64,000 nt of DNA from Candidatus Poribacteria bacterium (lineage in GTDB: Bacteria; Poribacteria; WGA-4E; WGA-3G). The stretch spans positions 3,936,001 to 4,000,000 of the forward strand of contig OZ244048.1 of NCBI GenBank assembly GCA_965215265.1. Reading direction: 5' to 3'. The notes under the pieces were generated by a model. The model saw only the letters and a program-made list of their open reading frames with translations. It searched no databases and was not told the DNA's origin. Below are positions 21,602-31,132 of the stretch, piece by piece. Each line of letters starts with the position of its first letter. Position 1 is the stretch's first letter. The position numbers were made by a program, and so were the translations under genes.

Positions 21602-23023
21602 CTATTCTTCAAATTTAACTTTAAGTTCTTGCAATGACAAATTCTGAGGTGGGTGAATAAGCGAGAACAAAGACATATCAGACCGTTGCATGCTGCGGTT
21701 GATGTATTCTTCCTCTTTTTCGCAAAGGAGGAAGAACCTTTCATAAGCTATCGCTGCTTCGCCGACTGTCCCACTGCCACCAAATGGATCGAAGACTAAA
21801 TCCCCTTTAAAAGAGTAAAACCGAATGACACGCGATGCCAATTCAATAGGAAAAATGGCAGGATGAACTTTATCCGCTGCCGGATTAATCTGCCAGACGT
21901 TTGTTTTCTCATAATCCCCAAACACTCTGCTTGTTTCAACCGTCTTTTTATCATACTGTCTCATATTCCAATCAATAAGTTTGTCTGTTTTTTTTCGGTA
22001 TACCATTACACTTTCCGTGACGCAATTCGGCTTATAGCCAAGCGGCTTGCGATGTTGAAAAAAACCACCATTGCGATTCTTAGCGGCATAGTCAGGTTTC
22101 ACCCATACGATGTCATCAACGAATTCCCAACCGATTTCAGTAAGATGCGGGTGAATGTCATACGGGATAGCGTAACGTTTGCTGGCATGTGCCCGGCTGA
22201 TACGTGGTACGATGACCGGGGATGTGTTAAGCACAAAGAACCGCCCCTCTTTTGTAATGCGATGCGTCTCCTTGAAAATAGCAGTTAAGAAGTCAAGATA
22301 CGCCTCGTAACTCTGAAAAAGGGTATAATCACGGGCATTGTAATACGGTGGTGACGTAAAAGTGAGATGAACTGACTCGTTCGGTACTACCTTTAAGACT
22401 TCTTGAACATCGGCACTGACAATCACATTTTTGAGGGCATCCGGGCTCGTAGGGTGGCACTGATGGCCGGCGGCAGCAGCAGAAGGCGACAAACTTCCCT
22501 TTCCGCTCCGGTTTAAGAGTTCTCGAACGAGTTCATTGGGATGTTCGCGGAGCGGTGCTAAGGATTCTTGGACATCCGGACGTTCATTGAAACAGTTCAA
22601 GCCGCGCACTGCCTGCAAGATAACCTTCGGATCTGTATCTGACAAAAACTGCACTAAATTCGGAATCGCCTTCTCAGTTCTGAGTCTGCCTATTGCCGAA
22701 ACGGCTTCTCGACGGGCGAACGTGTTTTTCTCCGCTCGCGCGAACGCGGAAACCGCTTCTAAGAGCGATTCATCTTTCAATTTTCCGATATTTTTTACCG
22801 CGAGACAGCGAATCTTGGGGTTCGGATGGTCCAGCAATGGCAAGAACAGGTGCCCATCAAATTCTTTCGGCAGCCTGCCCAGGTTTTCAAGCGTGAATTG
22901 AAGCATCCGCTCACTGTTGGTAGGGGCAAGCACGCTGGAAAAGAAAACTGATTTATGGACTTCACCTTTAGTCGGGGTGTTCAACTTCAATTTTTCGGCA
23001 TTAATTTCAGATTTGGTTATCAT
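21602..23023 (-). CDS. HEAT-repeat/DNA methyltransferase fusion (beta-class, probably N4-cytosine)
   Basis: N-terminal HEAT-like repeats (LLDHPNPKIRCLAVKNIGKL; ARREAVSAIGRL; LSDTDPKVILQAVRGL); catalytic TSPPY precedes HPAIFP and FDPFGGSGT. Confidence 0.88.
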   Translation of the reverse strand: MITKSEINAEKLKLNTPTKGEVHKSVFFSSVLAPTNSERMLQFTLENLGRLPKEFDGHLFLPLLDHPNPKIRCLAVKNIGKLKDESLLEAVSAFARAEKNTFARREAVSAIGRLRTEKAIPNLVQFLSDTDPKVILQAVRGLNCFNERPDVQESLAPLREHPNELVRELLNRSGKGSLSPSAAAAGHQCHPTSPDALKNVIVSADVQEVLKVVPNESVHLTFTSPPYYNARDYTLFQSYEAYLDFLTAIFKETHRITKEGRFFVLNTSPVIVPRISRAHASKRYAIPYDIHPHLTEIGWEFVDDIVWVKPDYAAKNRNGGFFQHRKPLGYKPNCVTESVMVYRKKTDKLIDWNMRQYDKKTVETSRVFGDYEKTNVWQINPAADKVHPAIFPIELASRVIRFYSFKGDLVFDPFGGSGTVGEAAIAYERFFLLCEKEEEYINRSMQRSDMSLFSLIHPPQNLSLQELKVKFEE

Positions 23024-23056
23024 TTTTTACGTCCCTTAAAAAAACTACATTTTCCG

Positions 23057-23085
23057 TTGCATTCCCAGAGGAGATGTGGTATAAT
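23057..23085 (+). promoter_or_regulatory. Sigma70 promoter of the tRNA-Ala locus
   Basis: TTGCAT-17-TATAAT with extended -10 TG, 19 bp upstream of the tRNA. Confidence 0.7.
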
Positions 23086-23104
23086 TAAAATAATCGCATC
23101 ACGT

Positions 23105-23170
<66 letters not shown>

Positions 23171-23255
23171 CTTTTTTATTTTTCAAACCGCACTTTTCCG
23201 TTAACACATAATAGGTTAACATATCTCTTTTGAAATGTCAACAATTAAAATTGAG

Positions 23256-25520
23256 TTAAGGCACGTTGATAGCCACGATCCATCCCTTCGTTATCGCAGG
23301 TTTATAGGCGTTATCCCGCAGATAATCTGAAGTTTGCCAGATGCAAAGATGCTTTCCATCAGGCATCCAGACAACAGCTGTCACTTTTTGTTGCGTTCGC
23401 GCCATCGCGAATTTTTGCTTACGCTCCATATCATAAACCCAAATTTTCCACCGCAGCCCCTCGCAATCTTCTCGTTCCAAATATACCAACCGTTTCCCCT
23501 CTGGTGCCCAAGATGGCGAGGTGTGCATCAGAATTTGCGTCTGTATTGAAGTGGAGCTGGCATCAGCTAAGTGAAGCTGCTGATCAATCAGCTGCCCCGG
23601 ACGGTTACTACCAGAAAGGACATAAGCCAAGTGTGTACCATCCGCTGCCCAATGTAAACGTGCAACGCGCTGATGCTGCGTCTGTATCTCCTTTAAACGT
23701 TGTCCTTCTGCATCTTGGATACGGATGCCGACATATTTCTGATTTTGCACCCCAAAAGCGATACGTGTGCCATCCGGTGTCCAAGACGGTGCCAGCAGAT
23801 ACGCATAAGCACGCTGACGACGTTCAAACGGAACACGCGCAATCGTACGGATACCACTCCCATCACTGTTGATACGATAGACGACATCCATCCGCTTCTC
23901 GCGCCGTCTAAATACCAACCTGTTAGAAGTAGGAGACCAGGCTGGCCCCTCCCCTTGAATCAATTTTTTCACACGTCCAAGCTGCCAATCCAACGTGTAG
24001 ATGTAACGCTCCCCTCCTTCGTCTAATTCATAAGCCAATAAACGGCTGTCTAACGACCAGGAGAGCACGGGGTTATAGATTCTAGCTATCGGCATCTCTG
24101 GTACGGCAGCCGCTTGTCCAGCCCGAAACTTCCGCGCCTGTTTTGCTTCCTTGTCCATTATTACTAATTCGCTGGCGTGCCAATAACGCCCGCGTAAATC
24201 CGTTCTTCTCAACATCGCGATGAATTCTCCATCCGGGCTCCAGCGTGGAAATTCTGCTCCTTCAACCAATTGTAACGTCCGGCGCTCCCCACAGAAATTC
24301 GTATTGAACATGATGCCGTCTGTCTCTTCGAACTGCCCAAAATTCAATCGTTCTATCCACACGTATTTTCCGTTCGGCAGCTCAACCTGATACCATCCGT
24401 CTGCAGTTTGCACAATTGGTAGCAAGACGCCATCATTGAGATGCAAGAGCGGTTCGCGGTTTTGCTGAACCGCGTTTTTCTCCGTGAAAACAGGGACGTT
24501 ATCGCGTACAACTATGCCGCGATGCGATGCAGTTACTGCCTGATACCCGATACGCTGTTCTTCTTGTGTTGTATTTCCAAATGCATAGACAGTTCCATCG
24601 CCGGAAGCAACATAGAGGATACCATTGGAGACAGCCGGTGCTGCACTAACAAAACCCCGGAGTTTATACACCCATATCTGCCGTTTTGATGCCTCTTCAA
24701 ACGCATGGATGTGCCCATCGCGGCTGCCGATATAGACATAACCGTTTGCCGTGCTCGGGTAACTGTCACTCCCGGCCGTCTCTGCTCTCCACATTTTCGC
24801 GTTATGAAGGGGCCCAATCGGGCGAAATTCACCATTGGCGCAACCATATTCAATACCGCGAATCCGTATCGTGCGTTCACGTATTCCCTCAAGCATCCCT
24901 GTTCTCGCGTTCAGTTGATAAATTTTTGACGGGAACACACCGATATACACTTTACCATCGGCAACAATTGGCGGGGCATCCATCCAATTTTTGGATTTAA
25001 ATACCCAGAGCTGTTCGCCGGTCATAGCATTCAGTGCATAGACTCTGTTATTTCGTGTGTTGATATAGACATGCCCATCTCGTACCGACGCAGAATATCG
25101 GATTGCACTCTGTGCATCAAAAACCCATTTAATGTCCCACTCCTTAGCACCCAGGGCGTACAATTTGCCATCTGTTGAACCGATATAGAGAATACCGTTT
25201 GCGACAACAGGCGAAGCCTGAAGCGGACCGCCGGTCTTGAACTTCCAGAGTAACTCAAGCGGGGGCGTAAGAATTTCATCCGGACTCCTCCCTGAAAAAT
25301 CCAAATCATACATAAACATCGACCAGTCCTCAGTCCGTGCACTCGGCGTGACGCTTTCAATAGGCATCGTGGGGTTTTGTTCCAGGGAATCATCAGGGCG
25401 CGGGGCGGGTTGCCGGTTCTGCTGTGAATCACAACTCCAGATAATGAATAACAGAAGGAATAGGATGTACTTTGTGTTCCAAATTTTTGCGCTAAACAGA
25501 TGAGCAAAAAGGTTTTGCAA
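23256..25520 (-). CDS. Putative lipoprotein: PQQ-type (BamB-like) beta-propeller, SH3-like segment and TolB-like propeller
   Basis: Lipobox-like IIWSC; repeats SPVVANGILYIGSTDGKLYAL; GWYQVELPNGKYVWI; repeated P.WSPDG motifs. Confidence 0.8.
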   Translation of the reverse strand: MQNLFAHLFSAKIWNTKYILFLLLFIIWSCDSQQNRQPAPRPDDSLEQNPTMPIESVTPSARTEDWSMFMYDLDFSGRSPDEILTPPLELLWKFKTGGPLQASPVVANGILYIGSTDGKLYALGAKEWDIKWVFDAQSAIRYSASVRDGHVYINTRNNRVYALNAMTGEQLWVFKSKNWMDAPPIVADGKVYIGVFPSKIYQLNARTGMLEGIRERTIRIRGIEYGCANGEFRPIGPLHNAKMWRAETAGSDSYPSTANGYVYIGSRDGHIHAFEEASKRQIWVYKLRGFVSAAPAVSNGILYVASGDGTVYAFGNTTQEEQRIGYQAVTASHRGIVVRDNVPVFTEKNAVQQNREPLLHLNDGVLLPIVQTADGWYQVELPNGKYVWIERLNFGQFEETDGIMFNTNFCGERRTLQLVEGAEFPRWSPDGEFIAMLRRTDLRGRYWHASELVIMDKEAKQARKFRAGQAAAVPEMPIARIYNPVLSWSLDSRLLAYELDEGGERYIYTLDWQLGRVKKLIQGEGPAWSPTSNRLVFRRREKRMDVVYRINSDGSGIRTIARVPFERRQRAYAYLLAPSWTPDGTRIAFGVQNQKYVGIRIQDAEGQRLKEIQTQHQRVARLHWAADGTHLAYVLSGSNRPGQLIDQQLHLADASSTSIQTQILMHTSPSWAPEGKRLVYLEREDCEGLRWKIWVYDMERKQKFAMARTQQKVTAVVWMPDGKHLCIWQTSDYLRDNAYKPAITKGWIVAINVP

Positions 25521-25721
25521 AATTTAAGGGCCTCGCTTTTTTTGTAGGAAAGGAATTGCCCCTAATTTAGCAAGAGTTCAAATATAAGTCAACTAAAATT
25601 TGATTTTTGCAGGGCAAATATAGGCAGATGACACGAAAACATCATCAAGTCTAGTGGTAAGAAACTTCAGAATTATTCGCCATTCGGTTAAGTGTTACGT
25701 GGCATCGTGTTCTGAGCAAGT

Positions 25722-27113
25722 TCACATGTGCCCGCTGATTTTCAAAAAGATTTCTCCATCAAGATTTGGAATTTCATGGCGCAATTGACGCTTACGACTG
25801 TGAACTGCCATAACAGTGGCATAGAAACTAATCACTTGCATCGTACCGCTGCGGTTGTACACTGCCCATCCGTTTTCAAACCTGCGGATAAAAAGCCCGG
25901 GTACGTCTTGATATTGCTGTGCTTGTTCTTGAACAGGTTGTCCGAGCTCGACATCCCAGAAATCGTACCAGTTGTGTAGATGATCAGGTGTCGGCATCGC
26001 ATTATCATCACCAAAAAGCAGATATCCATCTGAGTGCGTTAGACTCAAGGCGGTTATCATCCGCATCCACTGCTGATTTTCTGGGCTGTTTCTCTCCGCA
26101 ATTCGAGTGTTCTGATCCCCCAAATAATCCGTCACTACGCGCCAGCCCTCTAAGCAGTTGATTCGTGGGGTTTTCAGGTGTTGTTCTGCCCAATGCAGTG
26201 TGCTTTCGATGCGCTTAATCTGATTTAAGTTGTATCCTTTATGATATTCGGGCTTATAACACTCCATAAAAATGCCGTTCACGTAGGACGCGGATTTTGG
26301 AATCTGACGTGTATTGGCATTGACGAGAATAAGGAAATCGTCCCCGACCTGCTCGCGTATTTTGCGTAAGATGGAGAGCCTCGCTTCTAATTCAGCCTCC
26401 GGTGTGAGGATTGTCGCAGACCGGTCATCAACACTGATGGGGCTTGTGGCGGAATCTTCGTTCCACCAATCCAGCATGATACCGTCAAACAGTCCTGACT
26501 TCTGCAACGAGACGGCTTTATCGACTATGAGCTGCTGCACTTCTGTATTTGTAAAGTCGATAAGAAAGTGAAGGTGGGCATCGTTTTCATCGATTTTCCC
26601 ATCGCCGTTTGTATCTTCACCCCAGCCGATGACCGGTCTGCCCTCGCGATCTTTTAGCCAATATGGCGAGTCTGGCGGATAAAAGCCGAGCTCCCACCAA
26701 TTTTGTGCTTGGCTTTCATTTCCCGCAGAGAGATATTTCGCATCCCTGTATCGGAGTTCAACGAGCAGTTGGAGATTCGGATTTAAGGAGAAGAGTTGTT
26801 GTTTTCTTTGCCGTGCTTGGTTATATTGATTCGGATTCAAACCGGTTGCTAACCCTTGGTACGGCTGTTTGTGAGAAATATCCCAAGAAATTCTTAGCAG
26901 GGCATACGGATGCGCAAAAGCAAGTTGGTGCCGCGCGAGTAGACTAAGTTCATCTTCCTCGCGTCTATTTTCGATGCCGTTCCACGCCTGAAAAATTGAT
27001 GGATAAGTTCTCGGGGTTCTACTAGGATGTCCTTTCACGTTTCCCGCCTTGGTAACAATGAAACAGACAAAGCAGAGTAGGATAAGGCATTTTTTATGCG
27101 GTTTTTCAATCAT
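25722..27113 (-). CDS. Secreted putative glycoside hydrolase (TIM-barrel-like)
   Basis: Signal peptide; IDFT..EVQ, LFDGIMLDWWNE, LILVN, NGIFME, INCLEG, FIRRFENGWAVYNRSG; DxDxDG-type Ca-binding loop DTNGDGKIDEND. Confidence 0.65.
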   Translation of the reverse strand: MIEKPHKKCLILLCFVCFIVTKAGNVKGHPSRTPRTYPSIFQAWNGIENRREEDELSLLARHQLAFAHPYALLRISWDISHKQPYQGLATGLNPNQYNQARQRKQQLFSLNPNLQLLVELRYRDAKYLSAGNESQAQNWWELGFYPPDSPYWLKDREGRPVIGWGEDTNGDGKIDENDAHLHFLIDFTNTEVQQLIVDKAVSLQKSGLFDGIMLDWWNEDSATSPISVDDRSATILTPEAELEARLSILRKIREQVGDDFLILVNANTRQIPKSASYVNGIFMECYKPEYHKGYNLNQIKRIESTLHWAEQHLKTPRINCLEGWRVVTDYLGDQNTRIAERNSPENQQWMRMITALSLTHSDGYLLFGDDNAMPTPDHLHNWYDFWDVELGQPVQEQAQQYQDVPGLFIRRFENGWAVYNRSGTMQVISFYATVMAVHSRKRQLRHEIPNLDGEIFLKISGHM

Positions 27114-27203
27114 GTGAAGAGGTTCCTCATCATAAAGTTTTAAACAAAAGGTTAATTCGAAATATACCTTAATCAGCGGATTGCTGACAAATGCAATTTC
27201 ATA

Positions 27204-28853
27204 TTACAATCCGTCGCCCTCTTTAATGCGGATAATCTGATCTGCGTTGAGATTCAAAAACCGTTCCGTGAGTCCGCTCTGCCAGCGAATTTCAAGTGTC
27301 TCGATTTGTGTGTATTCGCCGAGCCCGAAGTGAACGCGTAGGTCACTCTGAGAGAGATAGCTGGAACCGCTATGCACCTCTTTTAGCAGTGAAAGTTCGC
27401 CTACTTTCACCGTAACCTGCGCACCAAGGGCAGAGGAGTTACTCCTGGTTCCGACCAGATGAATTATCAGCCAATGGTTCCGATTGCCGCCGTCATTACG
27501 TAGCAGCGTTGCGGGTTGATTAGAGTGATTGAGAAAAATATCGATATCGCCATCGTTGTCGTAGTCGCCGAAGGCAGCGGCGCGCCCAACTTTAGCGGGC
27601 AGCTGCGTCAATCCAACAGCACTAGAGACATCTGTGAAATGGGTCTGGCTGTTCTCGAAAAGCAGGTCGGGTTGCGGGTACGTTGCATCTGAAAAGAGGG
27701 AGATGTTTTCTTGGAGATGTCCATTGGCAACGTAAAGGTCGAGGTAGCCGTCGTTATTGTAATCTAAAAATTCTACTGCCCACTTAAAATAGGGTAGCGT
27801 AACTGCCCCGATACCAGCTGCAAAAGAGACATCGGTAAAAAACTGCGGGAGGTGTGGATGGACTGCTTCATTGCGATAGAGTATGACGGGCAGAGCAGAG
27901 GCGTTACTAACCACGAGGTCAAGAAAGCCGTCGTTATCATAATCTCCAAATGCGTTCCCCATTCCGCTGCCTGGCATTCCGTTTTCGTCGTATCCTGTGC
28001 CGGTGAGGTCAGCGATTTCAGCAAAAGTGCCATCGCCGTTGTTCCGATAAAGCAGATCAGCTTCCATATCGTTAGCGATGTGCAGGTCCGGATCATTATC
28101 GTTATCGTAATCGCCGACGGCCACAGCGAGTCCAAGTGCGCGATGAGAAATGCCCGCGGCCTCGGTGCTATCCGTGAAGGTGCCGTCGGCGTTATTGCGA
28201 TAGAGGATATCGGTTTCACTGACAAACTGACTCCCGGCAACCTGGTCGGTAGGGCTACAGTAGGTACGAATGCCGCGCGTCTCCCACCATCGGTTTTCTG
28301 CAACCGAAAACTTCATATAATTGACGACGTAAAGATCTGCGTACCCGTCTAAGTCATAATCGAGAAAAGCGCAACTGGTTCCCCAGCGTTCGTCGCCGAC
28401 ACCTGCTTTTTGAGTGATGTCGGTAAACGTTCCGTCGCCGTTGTTATAGTAGAGCCGGTTCATGCCGTAGTTTGTAACGTAAATTTCTGGGTATCCATCA
28501 TTGTCAATATCTGCAGATGCGCAGCCGACACCGTATCCGGTATCTCCGACTCCGGCCCGCGCGGTTACATCGATAAAGGTGCCGTCCCCGTTGTTTTCAT
28601 AGAGGGCGTTTTGGTTAAAGGTAGAGGTGATACTGTTGGCATTGACAATATACAGATCCAGATTGCCGTCGTTATTGTAGTCAAAAAAGAGCGCGCCGGA
28701 GCCGAGCGTTTCAATGAGGTATTTCTCACCGGTGCGGCCATCAACGTGCCGGAAAGTGATGTGTGCGTCTGCTGTCGCATCGACGAATTGAATCTGTGGA
28801 TGGGCAGGCGCAGAAATAGCCAAGCTCAACAGGACGCAATAGAGCCCTTTCAT
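27204..28853 (-). CDS. CRTAC1 family protein (FG-GAP repeats plus ASPIC/UnbV)
   Basis: Repeated DYDNDG.LDLYV.N and LY.NNGDGTF.D; C-terminal GSSYLSQSD..VHFGLG...EIRW.SG; probable start ATG 28853 with signal peptide. Confidence 0.92.
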   Translation of the reverse strand: MKGLYCVLLSLAISAPAHPQIQFVDATADAHITFRHVDGRTGEKYLIETLGSGALFFDYNNDGNLDLYIVNANSITSTFNQNALYENNGDGTFIDVTARAGVGDTGYGVGCASADIDNDGYPEIYVTNYGMNRLYYNNGDGTFTDITQKAGVGDERWGTSCAFLDYDLDGYADLYVVNYMKFSVAENRWWETRGIRTYCSPTDQVAGSQFVSETDILYRNNADGTFTDSTEAAGISHRALGLAVAVGDYDNDNDPDLHIANDMEADLLYRNNGDGTFAEIADLTGTGYDENGMPGSGMGNAFGDYDNDGFLDLVVSNASALPVILYRNEAVHPHLPQFFTDVSFAAGIGAVTLPYFKWAVEFLDYNNDGYLDLYVANGHLQENISLFSDATYPQPDLLFENSQTHFTDVSSAVGLTQLPAKVGRAAAFGDYDNDGDIDIFLNHSNQPATLLRNDGGNRNHWLIIHLVGTRSNSSALGAQVTVKVGELSLLKEVHSGSSYLSQSDLRVHFGLGEYTQIETLEIRWQSGLTERFLNLNADQIIRIKEGDGL

Positions 28854-28902
28854 TGCCAGGGAATGCGTCGCATCGCATTTGGAAGATTGTGCGTTACCCC
28901 AT

Positions 28903-30183
28903 TCACGGTTGAGTTGCCTTTTTTCGGGCATGTTGCGCTTCACTCTCCAATCCGAGTTGTGTGTAGACTTGGGCGAGTGTGTCCCAATAATTCCGCTCGG
29001 AAGGTGCGAGACGGACGGCAGTTTGTGCATGGCGCAGTGCTTTGTCTAACTGGGCTTGTAAATCCACAAAGCAGATCGCGATATTATTGTGGGCGATGGC
29101 GAGCGTTTCATCAGCGGAAATCGCTTGCCCATAAGCGTCAATAGCCAGTTGCAGATGCTCTTTCTTCTGATAAGCGTGCCCAAGGTTATAGTGCGCAGTT
29201 GCTAAATTCGGGGCTAATGCGATGGCACGTTTATAATTTTTGACAGCTTCAGCAAACCGGTGGCGGGCAAGATAGACGATTCCCAGATTGTTATACCCTT
29301 TTGGATCCTCTGGGTGAATTTTAACCCACTTCTCGGCTTCCGCGAGAAGTGGGTCCGTCTGGCGAAGGACTTTGAAGAATTTCATAGCGGCACCCGCCTC
29401 CTCTGTTTTTCCCTGTTTAATCCACGCTTGAGCGATGTGATAGTGTGCTTCTGTATTATCTGCCTGGAGTTTGATAACCTTTTCAAACGTAGAAATTGCA
29501 AGTGGCAAATTGCCCTGTTTTGCGTGGACCTTGCCTAAACCTAGGAATGCACTCGTTGCGTTCGCGTTAAGACGAATTGCTTCGGTGTACGCATCGGCAG
29601 CTTGTGGCAGTGCCCCCTGTTTTAGGTAGGTCTCACCGAGTCCGGTGTAGGCGTTTTGCAAGCTGAGACCTTTCGAGGCAAGTGCTATGGCGGTTTCAAA
29701 CGCTTTTATTGCCGCTGGAAGTTTCCCTTGTTTCAAGTAAACTAATCCGATATTATAGTGTGGCTCTGAGGCATCAGGAGCTATGTGAACCGCTTTATGG
29801 TAAGCGTCTAGGGCGGCTTGGTACTGCTTAAGTTCTGAGTAGGCGACACCGAGTTGATGGTGGGCATGGAAGGCCTCCGGATTGAACCCGATCGCTTTTC
29901 TATATTCTGTCGCTGCTTGGTCGAATTCCTCTAAGGCGTGATAGGCAGAGGCAGTTCTGTAATGGAGTTCAGCAAGCCATGCTGTGTCCACTGATGCTTT
30001 TTGTGCCCGGTGTGCTTCGGTGAAGGCGGTGATGGCTGCCCGATACCGTGCAGCTTTGAGGTAGTCTAGGCCGCGTTGATAGTGTCCATCAGCAGGAGGA
30101 CTGCGTTCAGCAATCCCTGCTGATAATAGGTTTCCGAACGCGCCACAGAGAATGAGGAGGACAATGTATCTTCGCATTCGCAT
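28903..30183 (-). CDS. Secreted tetratricopeptide repeat protein
   Basis: Signal peptide; roughly ten TPR units (AHYNLG, YNNLGIVY, A...Y.KAI...P). Confidence 0.9.
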   Translation of the reverse strand: MRMRRYIVLLILCGAFGNLLSAGIAERSPPADGHYQRGLDYLKAARYRAAITAFTEAHRAQKASVDTAWLAELHYRTASAYHALEEFDQAATEYRKAIGFNPEAFHAHHQLGVAYSELKQYQAALDAYHKAVHIAPDASEPHYNIGLVYLKQGKLPAAIKAFETAIALASKGLSLQNAYTGLGETYLKQGALPQAADAYTEAIRLNANATSAFLGLGKVHAKQGNLPLAISTFEKVIKLQADNTEAHYHIAQAWIKQGKTEEAGAAMKFFKVLRQTDPLLAEAEKWVKIHPEDPKGYNNLGIVYLARHRFAEAVKNYKRAIALAPNLATAHYNLGHAYQKKEHLQLAIDAYGQAISADETLAIAHNNIAICFVDLQAQLDKALRHAQTAVRLAPSERNYWDTLAQVYTQLGLESEAQHARKKATQP

Positions 30184-30294
30184 GTTGGGCTTTACGAACC
30201 GGGTTCATAACCCCTAACCGTCTTGTCAGAGGACTAGTACCACATTCATCGGATGCACGAGGGAATTTCGGCCGGTCAGCAAACAGTACAAGGC

Positions 30295-31089
30295 TTACTT
30301 TCGGTATGTCTTCATGCTTCCCCAGGTTGTCGCCAGTTTTCCGGCTGGTTGGACGGGTAGAAATTCGCCATCTTTAATCTCATTAATTTCTGCTGCGCTA
30401 ATGATTCGATTAAAGAGAAACACCTCGTCAATGATGCCGGTGAAGAATTCTTCGCCGGGGTGCCGTGCGCCGACCATAACGGAGCCGTCAATTTCATCAA
30501 CGACGGGTGGCTTATTCCCACCGCCTGCTTTTTTTCCATCGTTGTAAATCACAATCTCCGATTTTGTGTCATGTGTGACAGCGAGATGTACCCAATCCTC
30601 AGGTTGGATATCATCAGTGACTGCTTTTTGTGCCCAGGCACCACCGGAGGTTGACCAGAAATAGGTTTTGGAGTCGCCTTTTTTAAAAATGGAAGCCCAT
30701 TTGAGAGACCCGGCGGTCACCATGTAATTCCAATCCCGAATTTGGTCGTCTCCACGTTTGACCCAGAAAGCGATAGAAAACTGTTCAGTCAGTTGCAAGG
30801 TGTCGTTGATTGGAACCATGACGTGCTGTCCTTTTGTTCCATCAAATTCAAGCGCCTTGCCGAACTGACCATCCACCCAGGTCGGGTTTTTGATGAGTTC
30901 GCCATCATGCCCATGAACAGACCCATCCTTGGCATTTCCGCCTTGTCCTTCATCAAAGGAGAGGTACAGTACGAGCGATTTATCATCCAAAGCTGCATGT
31001 GATGCGGTTGCGCTGCTGAGCAGCAGGATAATCGGAACGATATAAAATGCTACAGATTTCAGAAGACAATTCCCGCTCAATTTCAACAT
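30295..31089 (-). CDS. Secreted LamG/concanavalin A-like domain protein
   Basis: ATG 31089 with GGAGG RBS; LVLYLSFDEG, GQFGKALEFDG, WVHLAVT, FTGIIDEV; C-terminal LPVQPAGKLATTWGSMK. Confidence 0.9.
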   Translation of the reverse strand: MLKLSGNCLLKSVAFYIVPIILLLSSATASHAALDDKSLVLYLSFDEGQGGNAKDGSVHGHDGELIKNPTWVDGQFGKALEFDGTKGQHVMVPINDTLQLTEQFSIAFWVKRGDDQIRDWNYMVTAGSLKWASIFKKGDSKTYFWSTSGGAWAQKAVTDDIQPEDWVHLAVTHDTKSEIVIYNDGKKAGGGNKPPVVDEIDGSVMVGARHPGEEFFTGIIDEVFLFNRIISAAEINEIKDGEFLPVQPAGKLATTWGSMKTYRK

Positions 31090-31132
31090 GGTAGGTTCCT
31101 CCGGTACTATTTTTAAAAGCGGCTTGAAGTTT

